A stretch of 64,000 bases of DNA from Spirochaetota bacterium (GTDB taxonomy: Bacteria > Spirochaetota > UBA6919 > CBDBPB01), in contig CBDBPB010000004.1 in NCBI GenBank assembly GCA_965208615.1, positions 224,001-288,000 of the forward strand, in the 5' to 3' direction. Below are positions 39,070 through 49,928 of the stretch, one piece after another. Position 1 is the first letter of the stretch. Every line of letters starts with the position of its first letter. The translations under genes were made by a program, and so were the position numbers. Under the pieces are notes generated by a model. It was given only the letters and a program-made list of their open reading frames with translations, had not been told where the DNA came from and made no database searches.

Positions 39070-41220
39070 TTACTTTATTTTATCAAGTTCATCAATAACA
39101 ATGGATTTTGTTAGGAGTTCGGGCAGTATAACAGGATCATTATTTTTACCGCCAGTATATAAAACATACACTGGAACAGATGCACGACCTAATTTAGCTA
39201 GTTCTTTAGTAATCACAGGGTTATTATTTGTCCAGTCAGCTTTCATTAGAGTTACATTATATTCTCTAAACTTATCCATAACTTCTTTAGTATTTAAAAC
39301 AGTTCTAGTATTCCACTGACAGCTTAAGCACCAGCTTGCAGTAAAATTAATGAAAATAGGAACCTTATTTTTACGCAACTCCTCTACTCTTTTAGGTGAA
39401 AAGATCTCCCATTTGCCTTCCTTGCTCTTATAAGAGGAATTAATCTTATTGATATTAGTTTTATTATCATCAATTTTAGTTATTTCTGCTCTCGCATAGA
39501 CAAATCCGCCTACTATAAAGCTAATAGTCAAAACGTATGATAATACTCTTGTTTTTTTGTTATGGTTAATAGTACCCCAACGACCATATATCCAAACGCC
39601 AAAGCTCATAATTAGTAGTGCCATTAACATTATAACTACTGAATCTGGATTCCCTAGCTTATCCAATACCCATATTAGCCAAATAACGCTTGCCATTAGC
39701 AAAAAACCCAAAAATTGTTTAAATGACTCCATCCACTTGCCAGCCGGCGGTATTAGCCTTATGAGCCTAGGGAAAAATGATAAAAGTAAATAAGGAATAG
39801 ATAAACCCAAAGCCAAAAAAGTAAATATTAATAGGGATATTACACTGGATTGGGATAATGCAAAAGCAAGAGCAGTACCCATAAAAGGTGCTGAACACGG
39901 TGTTGCAACTACTACAGTTATTATACCTGTTAAAAATGAGCTAAGATAGCCTGATTTGCTTATTTTGCTGTCTATATTGGGCGTGAATATTGATATTTCA
40001 AATAGTCCAAATAGATTGAGGGCAAATAAAAAAAATAGTGCGGCAATGACTATAACAAAGGTTGGCGACTGAAGATGAAAACCCCAGCCTACTTCCATAC
40101 CTCCTTTACGGAGAATTATTAGTATAATTACTAGTACCCATAAGGATATTAGTACACCAAAAGTAAAAATTATACCATGGAGCCTTAGTTTAGCCTTATC
40201 TTTTTTTGACTTTTCTATGAAGTTCAAAACTTTTATGGATAATACTGGAAATACACATGGCATTAAGTTTAGTATTAGTCCGCCGATTAGAGCGAATATT
40301 AATATTGTAAAAATGCTGGTTGTATGTTTATTATTTGCTATTATAATTGGCAATGTGGATAATGGAATATCTATATACAAAGCAGGCTCTGAGCCTTTAC
40401 CACGCCATCCTGTTGAGGATACTAAAACACCTTTTAGTCTTTTAGGCGGTTCTTTAATATTTTTATATGCTTTAACTTCTAACAGGTGATTGGGCTTTAG
40501 GACTTGTTTTGCGTTATAGTCAATAAGGTTATGTTCTTCTGGGTAGAAGTATAAAGAGTTATGGCTATAATTATATTCAGCATTAGGGCTAAGCTTAATT
40601 TGTATTTTATTATTGTTATAAGATGCCTTAGTCATCCACTGGGACTGCTTTATAGGCAGTTTAGCTCTTGCCTTAGAAAGGGCTATGATCCATTTTTTTA
40701 TAGGTTTGGGATTATTATTACTTACTGGTAGAGTTATTTTTAAGTTTTCATTATCTTGTATACAAACGGTTTTGCAGATGAGCCATCTAGCTTTAGCTAT
40801 GATTGTTATTTTTCTTTGTTTTACTATTTTTGGAGTTTGTATTTTTACTAAAAGAAAAACTTCATTGCTGTATCCATAGTTTATTATTTTTTTACTATCT
40901 GATAAAGGCGTTTCAAACTCAGTTGGATACGGCCATTGTATTTCATTTGCTTTAAAGTTTTTGGGTAATATCCACTTTATAGTTGGAGCCTGACCTATTG
41001 GAGGCTGACCTGATATACCACCTGGATTTTTCCAATATATATGCCAATCTTTATCCAGTTTAAACCTAAGTGCTAACCAGAACGACCTATCCGCCTTAAT
41101 ATGTTCGACCTCTGATATAAGTTCTACTTCTGAATGCTGTTTTTTAATTGTATTAGCAAATATATTTTCTGATATAATTACTAGTAGTGCTATAACTATA
41201 ATATGGTTAAGTCTTTTCAT
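39070..41220 (-). CDS. dsbD: Thiol:disulfide interchange protein, DsbD family
   Basis: WHIYWKNPG, CKTVC, GGLILNLMPCVFPVL, ATPCSAPFMG, C-terminal thioredoxin FTASWCLSC and ADWT. Confidence 0.9.
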   Translation of the reverse strand: MKRLNHIIVIALLVIISENIFANTIKKQHSEVELISEVEHIKADRSFWLALRFKLDKDWHIYWKNPGGISGQPPIGQAPTIKWILPKNFKANEIQWPYPTEFETPLSDSKKIINYGYSNEVFLLVKIQTPKIVKQRKITIIAKARWLICKTVCIQDNENLKITLPVSNNNPKPIKKWIIALSKARAKLPIKQSQWMTKASYNNNKIQIKLSPNAEYNYSHNSLYFYPEEHNLIDYNAKQVLKPNHLLEVKAYKNIKEPPKRLKGVLVSSTGWRGKGSEPALYIDIPLSTLPIIIANNKHTTSIFTILIFALIGGLILNLMPCVFPVLSIKVLNFIEKSKKDKAKLRLHGIIFTFGVLISLWVLVIILIILRKGGMEVGWGFHLQSPTFVIVIAALFFLFALNLFGLFEISIFTPNIDSKISKSGYLSSFLTGIITVVVATPCSAPFMGTALAFALSQSSVISLLIFTFLALGLSIPYLLLSFFPRLIRLIPPAGKWMESFKQFLGFLLMASVIWLIWVLDKLGNPDSVVIMLMALLIMSFGVWIYGRWGTINHNKKTRVLSYVLTISFIVGGFVYARAEITKIDDNKTNINKINSSYKSKEGKWEIFSPKRVEELRKNKVPIFINFTASWCLSCQWNTRTVLNTKEVMDKFREYNVTLMKADWTNNNPVITKELAKLGRASVPVYVLYTGGKNNDPVILPELLTKSIVIDELDKIK

Positions 41221-41319
41221 TTTGAACCTTTAAATTGATTTATAAAAGTTTAATAAAAATTATTATATTTGCATAAATAAATCTTTTTTTATTTATTTAT
41301 TTACAATTGGTATTAGTTT

Positions 41320-42429
41320 GTGAAAGAACCTTGTTATGAGCATATTTACGTTAACAAAGAGGTGCTGGATAGTCGGCTAACTAAGGATATACTTAATAGA
41401 ACTAATCTTCCTTACAGTATAGTTAATTCATCTGAACTTATTGAGAAAGACATACATAGAACTTATGATCCTGTTGCTGAGGGAAAAAAGTATATTTATT
41501 TGACTAAGAACAAGGGTAGGTTTATAAAAAAGTGTCCTGGTACTAGTGGATTTATTTGTTGTAATTATTATGTTATTGATCTTGTTGAGAATTGTCCGTT
41601 TGAGTGTAGTTATTGTTTTTTACAGAGCTATCTCAATAAGAGGATGATTAGGGTATACGTTAATATTGACGATCTTTTTCATGAGTTGGACATACTCTTA
41701 GCCGATAAGACTAAGTTTTATCGTATTGGTACTGGTGAGCTATCAGACTCGCTGGCTTTGGATTATATAACTAATTTTTCTAGTTTACTTATAGATTATT
41801 TTAACAAAAAAACTAACGCTATCCTTGAATTAAAAACAAAGTCTAACTTTATTGACAGGCTTATAAAAATTAAGTTAGAAAATAGAGTAGTTATTTCTTG
41901 GTCATTAAATCCTAATAGAATTATAGAGTCCGACGAACATAAGACTGCTTCATTATCTGAGAGGATTAACTCTGCTTATCGCTGTCAGGAACACGGATAT
42001 TTATTGGCATTCCATTTTGATCCCATTGTTTATTATGACAATTGCTTAGAGGATTATTCCAATTTAATTAATATGCTATTTTCTAAGGTTAATCCAGAAA
42101 GAATTAGTTGGATTAGTCTTGGTGGATTTAGGTATAACCTACCTTTGGATAAGATTATTGATTATCGTTTTCCAGATAGTAATATAATATATAATGAGTT
42201 TTTTAAGTGTTCAGATGGTAAGATGAGGTATTTTATTAGAGTTAGAGAAAACATATATAAAAATATGATTTATATGCTAAAGGCAAAAGACCATAACTTA
42301 CACATTTATTTATGTATGGAGGCTAAATATATGTGGAAAAAAATATATGGTTATCCGCCAAAAAGTGATAATAACCTAGACAACCTATTTAAGCAAAGGT
42401 TAGATTATATTTCCTTATTAACGTTATAG
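41320..42429 (+). CDS. Spore photoproduct lyase-like radical SAM protein
   Basis: CPFECSYC, IGTGELSDSLALD, ELKTKS, SWSLNP, HFDPI, YLCME. Confidence 0.85.
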   Translation: MKEPCYEHIYVNKEVLDSRLTKDILNRTNLPYSIVNSSELIEKDIHRTYDPVAEGKKYIYLTKNKGRFIKKCPGTSGFICCNYYVIDLVENCPFECSYCFLQSYLNKRMIRVYVNIDDLFHELDILLADKTKFYRIGTGELSDSLALDYITNFSSLLIDYFNKKTNAILELKTKSNFIDRLIKIKLENRVVISWSLNPNRIIESDEHKTASLSERINSAYRCQEHGYLLAFHFDPIVYYDNCLEDYSNLINMLFSKVNPERISWISLGGFRYNLPLDKIIDYRFPDSNIIYNEFFKCSDGKMRYFIRVRENIYKNMIYMLKAKDHNLHIYLCMEAKYMWKKIYGYPPKSDNNLDNLFKQRLDYISLLTL

Positions 42430-42523
42430 ACGAAGTAATATTAAATTTTATTAGTTTAGTTTGACAATAAAGAGATTATTTATATTTTTATCTTATTATA
42501 TTTTATAGTTGTTAGATTAGTTA

Positions 42524-44131
42524 ATGTTTTGGAGTTTTTTAATGCTAAGTACAAAAGAATTTGCTAAGAATAAATTATTTAGGGGTGTAGCTTATGCCAT
42601 TGTAATAGGTTTTGCCCTTTTGATGTTTTTACCTGGTAGTTATAATCTTTTTGACGTTATCAGAGGAGGCGGAGGACAAAACTTTATTACTGTAAACGGT
42701 AATGAGATATTTTATACTGCTGGTCAAAATAATAATTTAGCCAATATATTTCAGGATTGGCTAAGTAGAGGAACTCAGGCAAAAGGAGTTAAGGCATTTA
42801 CTCTTAACAATGCATTAAATAGTTGGAAAAATCCAGTTGATTATTTATCTATATATTTACGTAATGCAATTGTTCAGCAGATGCAAAACGAGTTAGCTGA
42901 GGACTTAGATATAGACATATCCAAAGAGAAGCTTAGACATTATATGTTCTTAGTATATAAAAGGGAAAAAGAAAGGCATTTTAATGATCCTCAAAATAAA
43001 AATACTCCTTTTCCTGAGCTAAACTCCTTTAGAAGGAACTACGGTAAAAACTTACCAAAACAGTATAAAGTTCAAGCGATAACTAATACTTTGCAAAACG
43101 GTATTTTATTTAGTGTACCAAAGTTAGTTGAGGACTATAATACACAAAATCATGAGGTAAAGGTAGATTTTGCTGTATATACCTTTGATAATTACATAAA
43201 AGATCCTAATGTATTTTCTAAGCTTAAAAAAGCCGACTTAGAAAAGTATTATCACGAGAAAATTGAAAAGATGACAATTTTGGAAGCCGTATTTAAAACC
43301 AAAGAAGAGGCTGTTCAGGCCAAGAGTGATAAAGACTTTTTTATACAAAAGAAAGATAAGTTTACCGAAAAGACTATTAGAACAAATGATAAGCTTTTTA
43401 AAGAACTTAAAAGCTATAAGGATGGTGATATTATATCCAAGGACAAAGAGCATTATCTTTATAAAATTAAGAGCATGGATAAGCCTTTTGACAAGCTAAA
43501 AGAGGGTTCTTCTGAATATAAAAGCGTACTAACTAAATATGCAAGTGATCATTATAACGATTTTAAGTTGGATTATGAAAAAAAAGCAAAGACTATATTA
43601 AATGCCTTTTTGACTAAGGCAAAAAGTGGAGCAGTATTTAGCTCTATTTCAAAAGATAAATACTTAAAAACTGGTAGAACTGACTATTTTAAACTTGATG
43701 CCAATAGTGTTAGCTCAGAAAAGAAAGCTAATAGTAAAGGATTACCTGATAACATTGATGAGTTTATTTATAGTAAATTAAAATATTACGATGAGGATAA
43801 AGAGATAAACGAGGCTTTTTTTACTACTTCGTTCTATTTAAAAAAAGGTGACATAAGTTCTATAAAGTCCTATGTTATGAAGAATAAGGACGTTTACTTT
43901 GTAATAAAGAAGGTGAGTGAACGTTTAGGGGATTCTAAATCCATTTTATCTGATACTAAAAAGCAAAGTGAACTTGTTAATAATACAAAAAATGACTATC
44001 AAAGAATTATTAACAAGCTTTGGGGTGATTATCTTATATCTAAGTACCCTGTTAAGATATATACCTCAAATATATATGCACTTTTTAACATTGAGGAGCC
44101 TAAATTACCTGCTAAACAAGAGGATAAATGA
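42524..44131 (+). CDS. Membrane-anchored SurA/PpiD-like periplasmic chaperone (tentative)
   Basis: N-terminal TM helix followed by ITVNGNEI, size about 535 aa, LKKGDISS...YFVIK parvulin-like ending. Confidence 0.5.
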   Translation: MFWSFLMLSTKEFAKNKLFRGVAYAIVIGFALLMFLPGSYNLFDVIRGGGGQNFITVNGNEIFYTAGQNNNLANIFQDWLSRGTQAKGVKAFTLNNALNSWKNPVDYLSIYLRNAIVQQMQNELAEDLDIDISKEKLRHYMFLVYKREKERHFNDPQNKNTPFPELNSFRRNYGKNLPKQYKVQAITNTLQNGILFSVPKLVEDYNTQNHEVKVDFAVYTFDNYIKDPNVFSKLKKADLEKYYHEKIEKMTILEAVFKTKEEAVQAKSDKDFFIQKKDKFTEKTIRTNDKLFKELKSYKDGDIISKDKEHYLYKIKSMDKPFDKLKEGSSEYKSVLTKYASDHYNDFKLDYEKKAKTILNAFLTKAKSGAVFSSISKDKYLKTGRTDYFKLDANSVSSEKKANSKGLPDNIDEFIYSKLKYYDEDKEINEAFFTTSFYLKKGDISSIKSYVMKNKDVYFVIKKVSERLGDSKSILSDTKKQSELVNNTKNDYQRIINKLWGDYLISKYPVKIYTSNIYALFNIEEPKLPAKQEDK

Positions 44132-44144
44132 ACTAATTTAAGAT

Positions 44145-44756
44145 ATGATAAATAAGCGACTTTGTACTACAGCTATTTTAGCTATTTCTATAGTATTTTT
44201 TTCTTCTAAGGCATTTACTAGTGTTGTTGATGTCAGCATAAATTGGGGAGCTAAAATAGGTTATGGTTTTGCTAGTGCCTTTGTAAGAAACCATAATTCT
44301 GTATCGCCTAACTTTTTTGGTAATAGTTTTGTTAGTGGAGGACTGTTCATACATTTTTCTCACGTTGAATATGTTAGATTACAATTTGAGATTTTATATA
44401 TTAGAAGGGGGTTTAAGCGTTCTGGTTATATAGCTAAGCTTGAGGGATTATCTTTTCCTTTGCTTGTTAGGTTCCAAATACCTTATGGTATTTATTTTAA
44501 CTCTGGCTTTGGCATAGGCTATACCTTCAAAGGAGAGGTTAATGACGCTAATAGCACTTCTAATAACATAGATGACTACTTTGAAACCCTTGAATATGAT
44601 CTCATTGCAGGAATGGGATGGCAGTTTAATATTTATAGAGAGCATAAACTCTTTATAGAGGCAAGGTTTATATATTCCTTGAATAACATTAGTATAAGGG
44701 ATCCTGAGTCAGTAAATAATTATGCTCTTCATTTTTATTTTGGTTTTCAGTATTAA
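44145..44756 (+). CDS. Outer membrane beta-barrel (porin-family/PorT-like) protein
   Basis: Signal peptide, WGAKIG, LQFEILYIRRG, alternating strands, C-terminal YFGFQY. Confidence 0.75.
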   Translation: MINKRLCTTAILAISIVFFSSKAFTSVVDVSINWGAKIGYGFASAFVRNHNSVSPNFFGNSFVSGGLFIHFSHVEYVRLQFEILYIRRGFKRSGYIAKLEGLSFPLLVRFQIPYGIYFNSGFGIGYTFKGEVNDANSTSNNIDDYFETLEYDLIAGMGWQFNIYREHKLFIEARFIYSLNNISIRDPESVNNYALHFYFGFQY

Positions 44757-44759
44757 ATG

Positions 44760-45737
44760 TTATTCAGCAAATAGACTTTTATTTACTAGGTTTGGGGGTC
44801 TTTCACCCCTAAGGCCCAATACAATATTATTAGCTAACATTAATGACATCTTATTCCTTGTCTCAATACTGGCACTAGCAATATGAGGGAGTACAACAAC
44901 ATTATTTAGGTTAATTAGTCCTTCTGTAATTTTAGGCTCTTTTTCAAATACGTCAAGTCCAGCACCCCATATTACTTTTTCTTTTAGGGCAGTATAAAGG
45001 TCATGTTCGTTTACAACAGTACCCCTTGCTGTATTTATCAAAATAGCGTTAGACTTCATAAGTGAAAGCTCTTTTTTGGCTATTATATGGTGAGTCTCTT
45101 TGGTATTAGGCACATGTAGGGATATAAAGTCTGACTCTCTTAATAAAGTGTTTTTATCGACATAAGTTGCATTATACTTATTTTCAATTTCTCTACTAAG
45201 ACGCTGTCTGTTATGGTATATTATATTCATATTAAATCCACCAGCTTTTTTCGCAAAAGAACGACCTATATTACCCATGCCTATTATCCCAAGGGTTTTG
45301 TTAGTTAGATCAAGCCCTAAAAACATATTAACTTCCCATCCTGTAGTCCATTTTCTTTCTCTAACGAATTTATCTGCCTCTATAAGCCTCCTGGATACAC
45401 TTAGCATCAACGCAAAAGCCAGTTCTGAAGTGGTATTATCTAATACACCAGGTGTATTAGTCACCATAACTTTATTATTAGTCGCAGAACTAATATCAAT
45501 ATTATCATATCCAACACCAAAGTTGGATACTATTTTTAAATTAGTATTATGAAAGACCCTTTCGCCAATTCTATCGCTTAACAAACAGGCTAAGCCATCA
45601 CAATCTTTAGCCCTTTTTATAATTTCATCCTCAGTTAGCTTATGATCCCTTTCATTAAGAAATACATTACAATGCTTGTTTAGATAGTCCAAGCCTGGCT
45701 TTGGTATTGTTCGTGTTAATAATACTTTTGCTTTCAT
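44760..45737 (-). CDS. D-2-hydroxyacid dehydrogenase (glyoxylate reductase/D-glycerate dehydrogenase type)
   Basis: VGYDNID, TNTPGVL, GIIGMGNIG, INTARG, GLDVFEKEP, LPHIAS. Confidence 0.92.
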   Translation of the reverse strand: MKAKVLLTRTIPKPGLDYLNKHCNVFLNERDHKLTEDEIIKRAKDCDGLACLLSDRIGERVFHNTNLKIVSNFGVGYDNIDISSATNNKVMVTNTPGVLDNTTSELAFALMLSVSRRLIEADKFVRERKWTTGWEVNMFLGLDLTNKTLGIIGMGNIGRSFAKKAGGFNMNIIYHNRQRLSREIENKYNATYVDKNTLLRESDFISLHVPNTKETHHIIAKKELSLMKSNAILINTARGTVVNEHDLYTALKEKVIWGAGLDVFEKEPKITEGLINLNNVVVLPHIASASIETRNKMSLMLANNIVLGLRGERPPNLVNKSLFAE

Positions 45738-45793
45738 TAGGCTGTCCCCTAAAAAATAGTTATTTTAGACATTTATAGGGTCTATTTTTAGAT

Positions 45794-47017
45794 TTACACA
45801 TCCATAGGCCTTATAATATCGTTAATAGTCTCTCTCTTTCTGATTAGACGATGACCATTATTACTAATTAATACTTCTGCAGGCCTTGGACGACTATTAT
45901 AATTAGACGACATACTAAATCCATAGGCCCCGGTATTGAGTATGGCTAGAATATCACCCTCTTTGACCTTTGAAATGGGGCGATCCTCAAAACCATTTTC
46001 GCTCTGAGTGAATATATCCCCGCTTTCACACAGATTACCAGTAACACAAATACGCTCTATCTCACTAGACGACGAAGATAAATTAATAATCTCATGATAA
46101 CTACCATAAGCCATAGGCCTCATAAGATGATGAAAGCCAGAATCTGTTCCAGCAAACCTATGAGAAGGCGTCTCTTTTAAATTGTTAACCGTAATCAATA
46201 AAATACCAGATTCAGCAACTAAAAACCGTCCAGGCTCTAAATAGAGGCTTAAATCTTTACCATAGTCCCTGCAGAACTTAACAAACCTATCACTAACCCT
46301 ACTACCAAAGTCAGCCATATTTAGCTCTTTATCACTAGAACTATATGGAATACCTAAACCACCACCAAAATCTATAAATTCAAGGTTATCAAAGTGCTTA
46401 GCCACATTTAGGGTAACATCAATAGCTTTAATAAACTCATCCACCTCTAAAATACCAGACCCTATATGAGAATGAACTCCAGTTATATTAATGCCATACT
46501 TTTTAGCAAGGGACTTTATATTGCCAACCCTATCAAAGTATATGCCAAACTTACTATTAGGCCCTCCAGTAATGGTATGGCTATGATGACCAGCTCCACA
46601 ATCAGGATTAATTCTGATAGATATACTTGAATTAGGATTTATCCTTGCATAACGCTCAATCTGAGATAAAGACCCTAAGTTTAATTGTATACCCCTATCT
46701 ATACAAAAGATCATTTCTTCATCTGTAACGTTATCACCGGTATACAATATCTCATCGCTGTTAAAACCAGCCCTAAAACCTATCTCAAGCTCGCCAGGAG
46801 ACATAGCATCAAGCCATGCACCCTCTTCTTTAAGTATTTTCATAATGGCTATATTACTGTTTGCCTTGCACGCATATAGTATTTGCTTATTTGGATAGAC
46901 AATATGCTCCTTTAGCTTTTTAATTTGCTCTCTAATCTTGTTTTCGTCATAAACGTAAAGTGGAGAGCCAAACTCCTTAATAAGCCTATCAGCATTAATT
47001 AAATCTAAATTACTCAT
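45794..47017 (-). CDS. lysA: Diaminopimelate decarboxylase
   Basis: SPLYVY, YACKAN, SKFG, HSHIGS, DFGGG, EPGR, GNLCESGD, GAYGFSMSSNYN. Confidence 0.95.
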   Translation of the reverse strand: MSNLDLINADRLIKEFGSPLYVYDENKIREQIKKLKEHIVYPNKQILYACKANSNIAIMKILKEEGAWLDAMSPGELEIGFRAGFNSDEILYTGDNVTDEEMIFCIDRGIQLNLGSLSQIERYARINPNSSISIRINPDCGAGHHSHTITGGPNSKFGIYFDRVGNIKSLAKKYGINITGVHSHIGSGILEVDEFIKAIDVTLNVAKHFDNLEFIDFGGGLGIPYSSSDKELNMADFGSRVSDRFVKFCRDYGKDLSLYLEPGRFLVAESGILLITVNNLKETPSHRFAGTDSGFHHLMRPMAYGSYHEIINLSSSSSEIERICVTGNLCESGDIFTQSENGFEDRPISKVKEGDILAILNTGAYGFSMSSNYNSRPRPAEVLISNNGHRLIRKRETINDIIRPMDV

Positions 47018-47097
47018 TAATAAAATCCTTTAACTTTTTAAATATAAAATATACGAGGAAAGTTCTAATAGCAAGCAATAAAGCTAACTAAATAATA

Positions 47098-47568
47098 TTA
47101 ATTATCTGTTTCCACCAATAGTAAGCCAGAAAACTTCTGAACTACTTTCTTAGTCTTATCAGGTAATTGCTTTTCTGAAGATTCATCTACGGATACCTTT
47201 TCTGTGACATCTACTACACTTTTAGGAGTACTATTTTTTAGTTTAATTATTTCTTGTTCCCACTCATCAATCTTCTGTTCAATTTGTTTAACATCATTTT
47301 CTGTAATGACTTTATTGTTATGGGTATTTATATAGTCCAAAATAAATAAGATTAAGTCAGCTATCACATTAGTCTTTGCAGCGTTATTATCAACATAATA
47401 GTTAGTTAAAACTTGTGAAATCTTCTTAAAATAAGGTATAAGACTGTTTAAATTACCTAAATTAACTTTTAACTTAGCTAATTCAATATTCTGCTGAACT
47501 AACTTATTCTGTAGCTCGTTGATTAACCCGTTTTGTTCCAAGACATAATTCTTATGTAAAGAAAACAT
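47098..47568 (-). CDS. Hypothetical coiled-coil protein
   Basis: 156-aa ORF with RBS-like GGGG upstream; heptad-like pattern. Confidence 0.55.
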   Translation of the reverse strand: MFSLHKNYVLEQNGLINELQNKLVQQNIELAKLKVNLGNLNSLIPYFKKISQVLTNYYVDNNAAKTNVIADLILFILDYINTHNNKVITENDVKQIEQKIDEWEQEIIKLKNSTPKSVVDVTEKVSVDESSEKQLPDKTKKVVQKFSGLLLVETDN

Positions 47569-47668
47569 TATATTATCCCCTAAAATATATTATAATAATA
47601 ACTAATTATACCGGCTTTTAAAGCCTCAAACACCTTGTTATAGCTTAATCCAAAATATAAGAGTTTAT

Positions 47669-48919
47669 CTATGACCTAATCTGACCATCACCCATAACAA
47701 TAAACTTCTTTGTAGTAAGCTCTTTAAGCCCCATAGGACCCCTTGCATGAAGTTTGTTAGTACTTATCCCAATTTCAGCACCCATACCAAACATCTGTCC
47801 ATCAGTGAACCTTGTTGAAGCATTAACATAAACAGCTGATGAGTCCACCTCATTCAAAAACCGCCTGCCCAATGAAAAACTATTAGTAATAATAGCATCA
47901 GAATGATGGGAGCCATAATGATCTATAAAAAATACGGCTTCATCATAAGAGTCAACGATCTTCATAGACAAAATAAGGTCTAAATACTCAGTAAAATAAT
48001 CTTTCTCATTAGCCTTTTTCACTTTATCATTAATAGAACAACTATTATCACATCCCCTAAGCTCAACTCCATTAGCCAATAAACCCTCAAGCAAGTCCTC
48101 TATATAAGGGTAGTCCTTGTGGATAACTAAATTCTCTATAGCATTACATACACCAGGACGTTGAACCTTAGCATTAACACTAATACTCTGAGCCATGTTT
48201 TTATCAGCATCCTTGTGTATATATAAATTACAAACTCCCTTGTCATGCTTTATGACAGGTATATTAGAATGCTCAACCACCATGTTAATAAGTCCCTCTC
48301 CGCCTCTTGGGATAATTAAATCAATATACTCCTTTAATTTTAGCATATCCATAACCGCAGAGCGATCAGTAGTGTCAATAAAGCTAATAGCACTCTCAGG
48401 CAGGCCACTTTTAGTTAATGCCATGTTTATAACCTTAACCAATGCCCTGTTAGAGTTAATACTCTCACTCCCACCCCTTAATACGGTAACATTAGACGTC
48501 TTTAAACATAAAGAACTTGCCTCAGTAGTAACATTTGGCCTAGACTCATAAATAATCCCTATAACTCCAATAGGCACTCTCATTTGCCCTATGTCCAGCC
48601 CATTAGGACGCCTATACTGATTAACCACCTCAAAAACAGGATCACTAAGAATAGCTACCTCATTAAGGCTCTCACATATATTATTAATTCTTTTATCATC
48701 CAGCTTAAGCCTGTCAATCATAGCATTAGATAAGCCTTTCTCATTTGCACTATCAATATCCTTTTTGTTTTCAGCTATGATCCAGTCTTTTTCTTGATTA
48801 ACTAGGTTAGCCATATTTCTTAAGGCATTATTTTTGTCATCCGTAGATAAACAGGATATAATTTGTTTTACGTCTTTAGCCTTTCTACAAATATCCCTAA
48901 CATAATCAGTAGTACTCAT
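47669..48919 (-). CDS. proA: Gamma-glutamyl phosphate reductase
   Basis: IYESRPNVT, IIPRGG, GVCNAIE, VNASTRFTDG, GAEIGIST.KLHARGPMG. Confidence 0.97.
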   Translation of the reverse strand: MSTTDYVRDICRKAKDVKQIISCLSTDDKNNALRNMANLVNQEKDWIIAENKKDIDSANEKGLSNAMIDRLKLDDKRINNICESLNEVAILSDPVFEVVNQYRRPNGLDIGQMRVPIGVIGIIYESRPNVTTEASSLCLKTSNVTVLRGGSESINSNRALVKVINMALTKSGLPESAISFIDTTDRSAVMDMLKLKEYIDLIIPRGGEGLINMVVEHSNIPVIKHDKGVCNLYIHKDADKNMAQSISVNAKVQRPGVCNAIENLVIHKDYPYIEDLLEGLLANGVELRGCDNSCSINDKVKKANEKDYFTEYLDLILSMKIVDSYDEAVFFIDHYGSHHSDAIITNSFSLGRRFLNEVDSSAVYVNASTRFTDGQMFGMGAEIGISTNKLHARGPMGLKELTTKKFIVMGDGQIRS

Positions 48920-48940
48920 AAACCTCTCCCCTTATATATA

Positions 48941-49870
48941 TTATGGAACATTCCATGAACTTATAAGCTTACCAGTTGATAAATTCCATATCTTAACGGT
49001 ATTATCTTGCGCACCTGAGTATATCCTATTACCGCTAACAGTAAGCGCCTCTAAACCCATGTTATGCCCTTCTAATGTGTTAATTAGTTTACCGTTTTTA
49101 ATGTTCCATATTTTTATATTATTATCCATGTGTCCACCGCCGGATACTATTCTACCCCTAATAACCTCCAAACAAGTTACCTCACCGGCATGAGCGGATA
49201 ATTTTCTTATAAGCTTAGCAGTTTTTAGACTCCATATACTAATGGTACCATCTGCTGAAGCGGATATTATCTTATTAGCATATCCCCTAACTGATAGGAC
49301 TCCCTTTTTACCAGCATTAATAGTTTTGATTAACTTACCAGTTTTTAGGCTCCACACTCTAATAGTATTATCCCAAGAGCCAGACAGAATAAATCCTTTA
49401 TATATACTAACAGACTCAACTCCATTAGTATGACCTTCTAGAGTCATAATATTCTTAGCAGAGTTAATATTCCAAACTTTTATCGTTTTATCCTTTGATC
49501 CTGATACTAAAATATTACCCTTAATAGCTAATGAACGTATCCAATGGGTATGTCCAGTTAATACCCCCTTATGATTACCAGTATTAAAGTCCCATATTCT
49601 TATTGTTTTGTCGTTAGAGGCGGATATAATACTATTACCATGAACAATAACTGACCAAACCTTGTCACTATGCCCTTTTAGAGTTTTAATGAGTTTTTTA
49701 TTCTTAAGATTCCATATTTTAATTGTACCATCCCACGAAGCACCAATAAGCCTAGCTTTTTTAACTGCAATACTCTCTATAATACTAGGTGCTAAGTGTA
49801 GCCCTTCTTGATTAGCAAAACTATTTAGACTAAATAATAATATTAAAAGTAATAATAATTGTCTATACAT
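48941..49870 (-). CDS. Secreted WD40-repeat protein (about 7 repeats)
   Basis: Signal peptide; repeated GH...SGS.D.TIKIW units. Confidence 0.92.
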   Translation of the reverse strand: MYRQLLLLLILLFSLNSFANQEGLHLAPSIIESIAVKKARLIGASWDGTIKIWNLKNKKLIKTLKGHSDKVWSVIVHGNSIISASNDKTIRIWDFNTGNHKGVLTGHTHWIRSLAIKGNILVSGSKDKTIKVWNINSAKNIMTLEGHTNGVESVSIYKGFILSGSWDNTIRVWSLKTGKLIKTINAGKKGVLSVRGYANKIISASADGTISIWSLKTAKLIRKLSAHAGEVTCLEVIRGRIVSGGGHMDNNIKIWNIKNGKLINTLEGHNMGLEALTVSGNRIYSGAQDNTVKIWNLSTGKLISSWNVP

Positions 49871-49882
49871 AAAAATCTCCCT

Positions 49883-49928
49883 ATTTACTAATTAATTTGT
49901 ATTTAATTTACTAATTAATTTGTATTTA
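49883..49928. repeat. Exact 23-bp tandem duplication ATTTACTAATTAATTTGTATTTA x2
   Basis: Copies at 49883-49905 and 49906-49928. Confidence 0.9.

Noticed and set aside
41320-42429. Second radical SAM gene as a partner of the SPASM system
   Set aside because: Motifs are those of the spore photoproduct lyase-like family, no SPASM domain, 26 kb away
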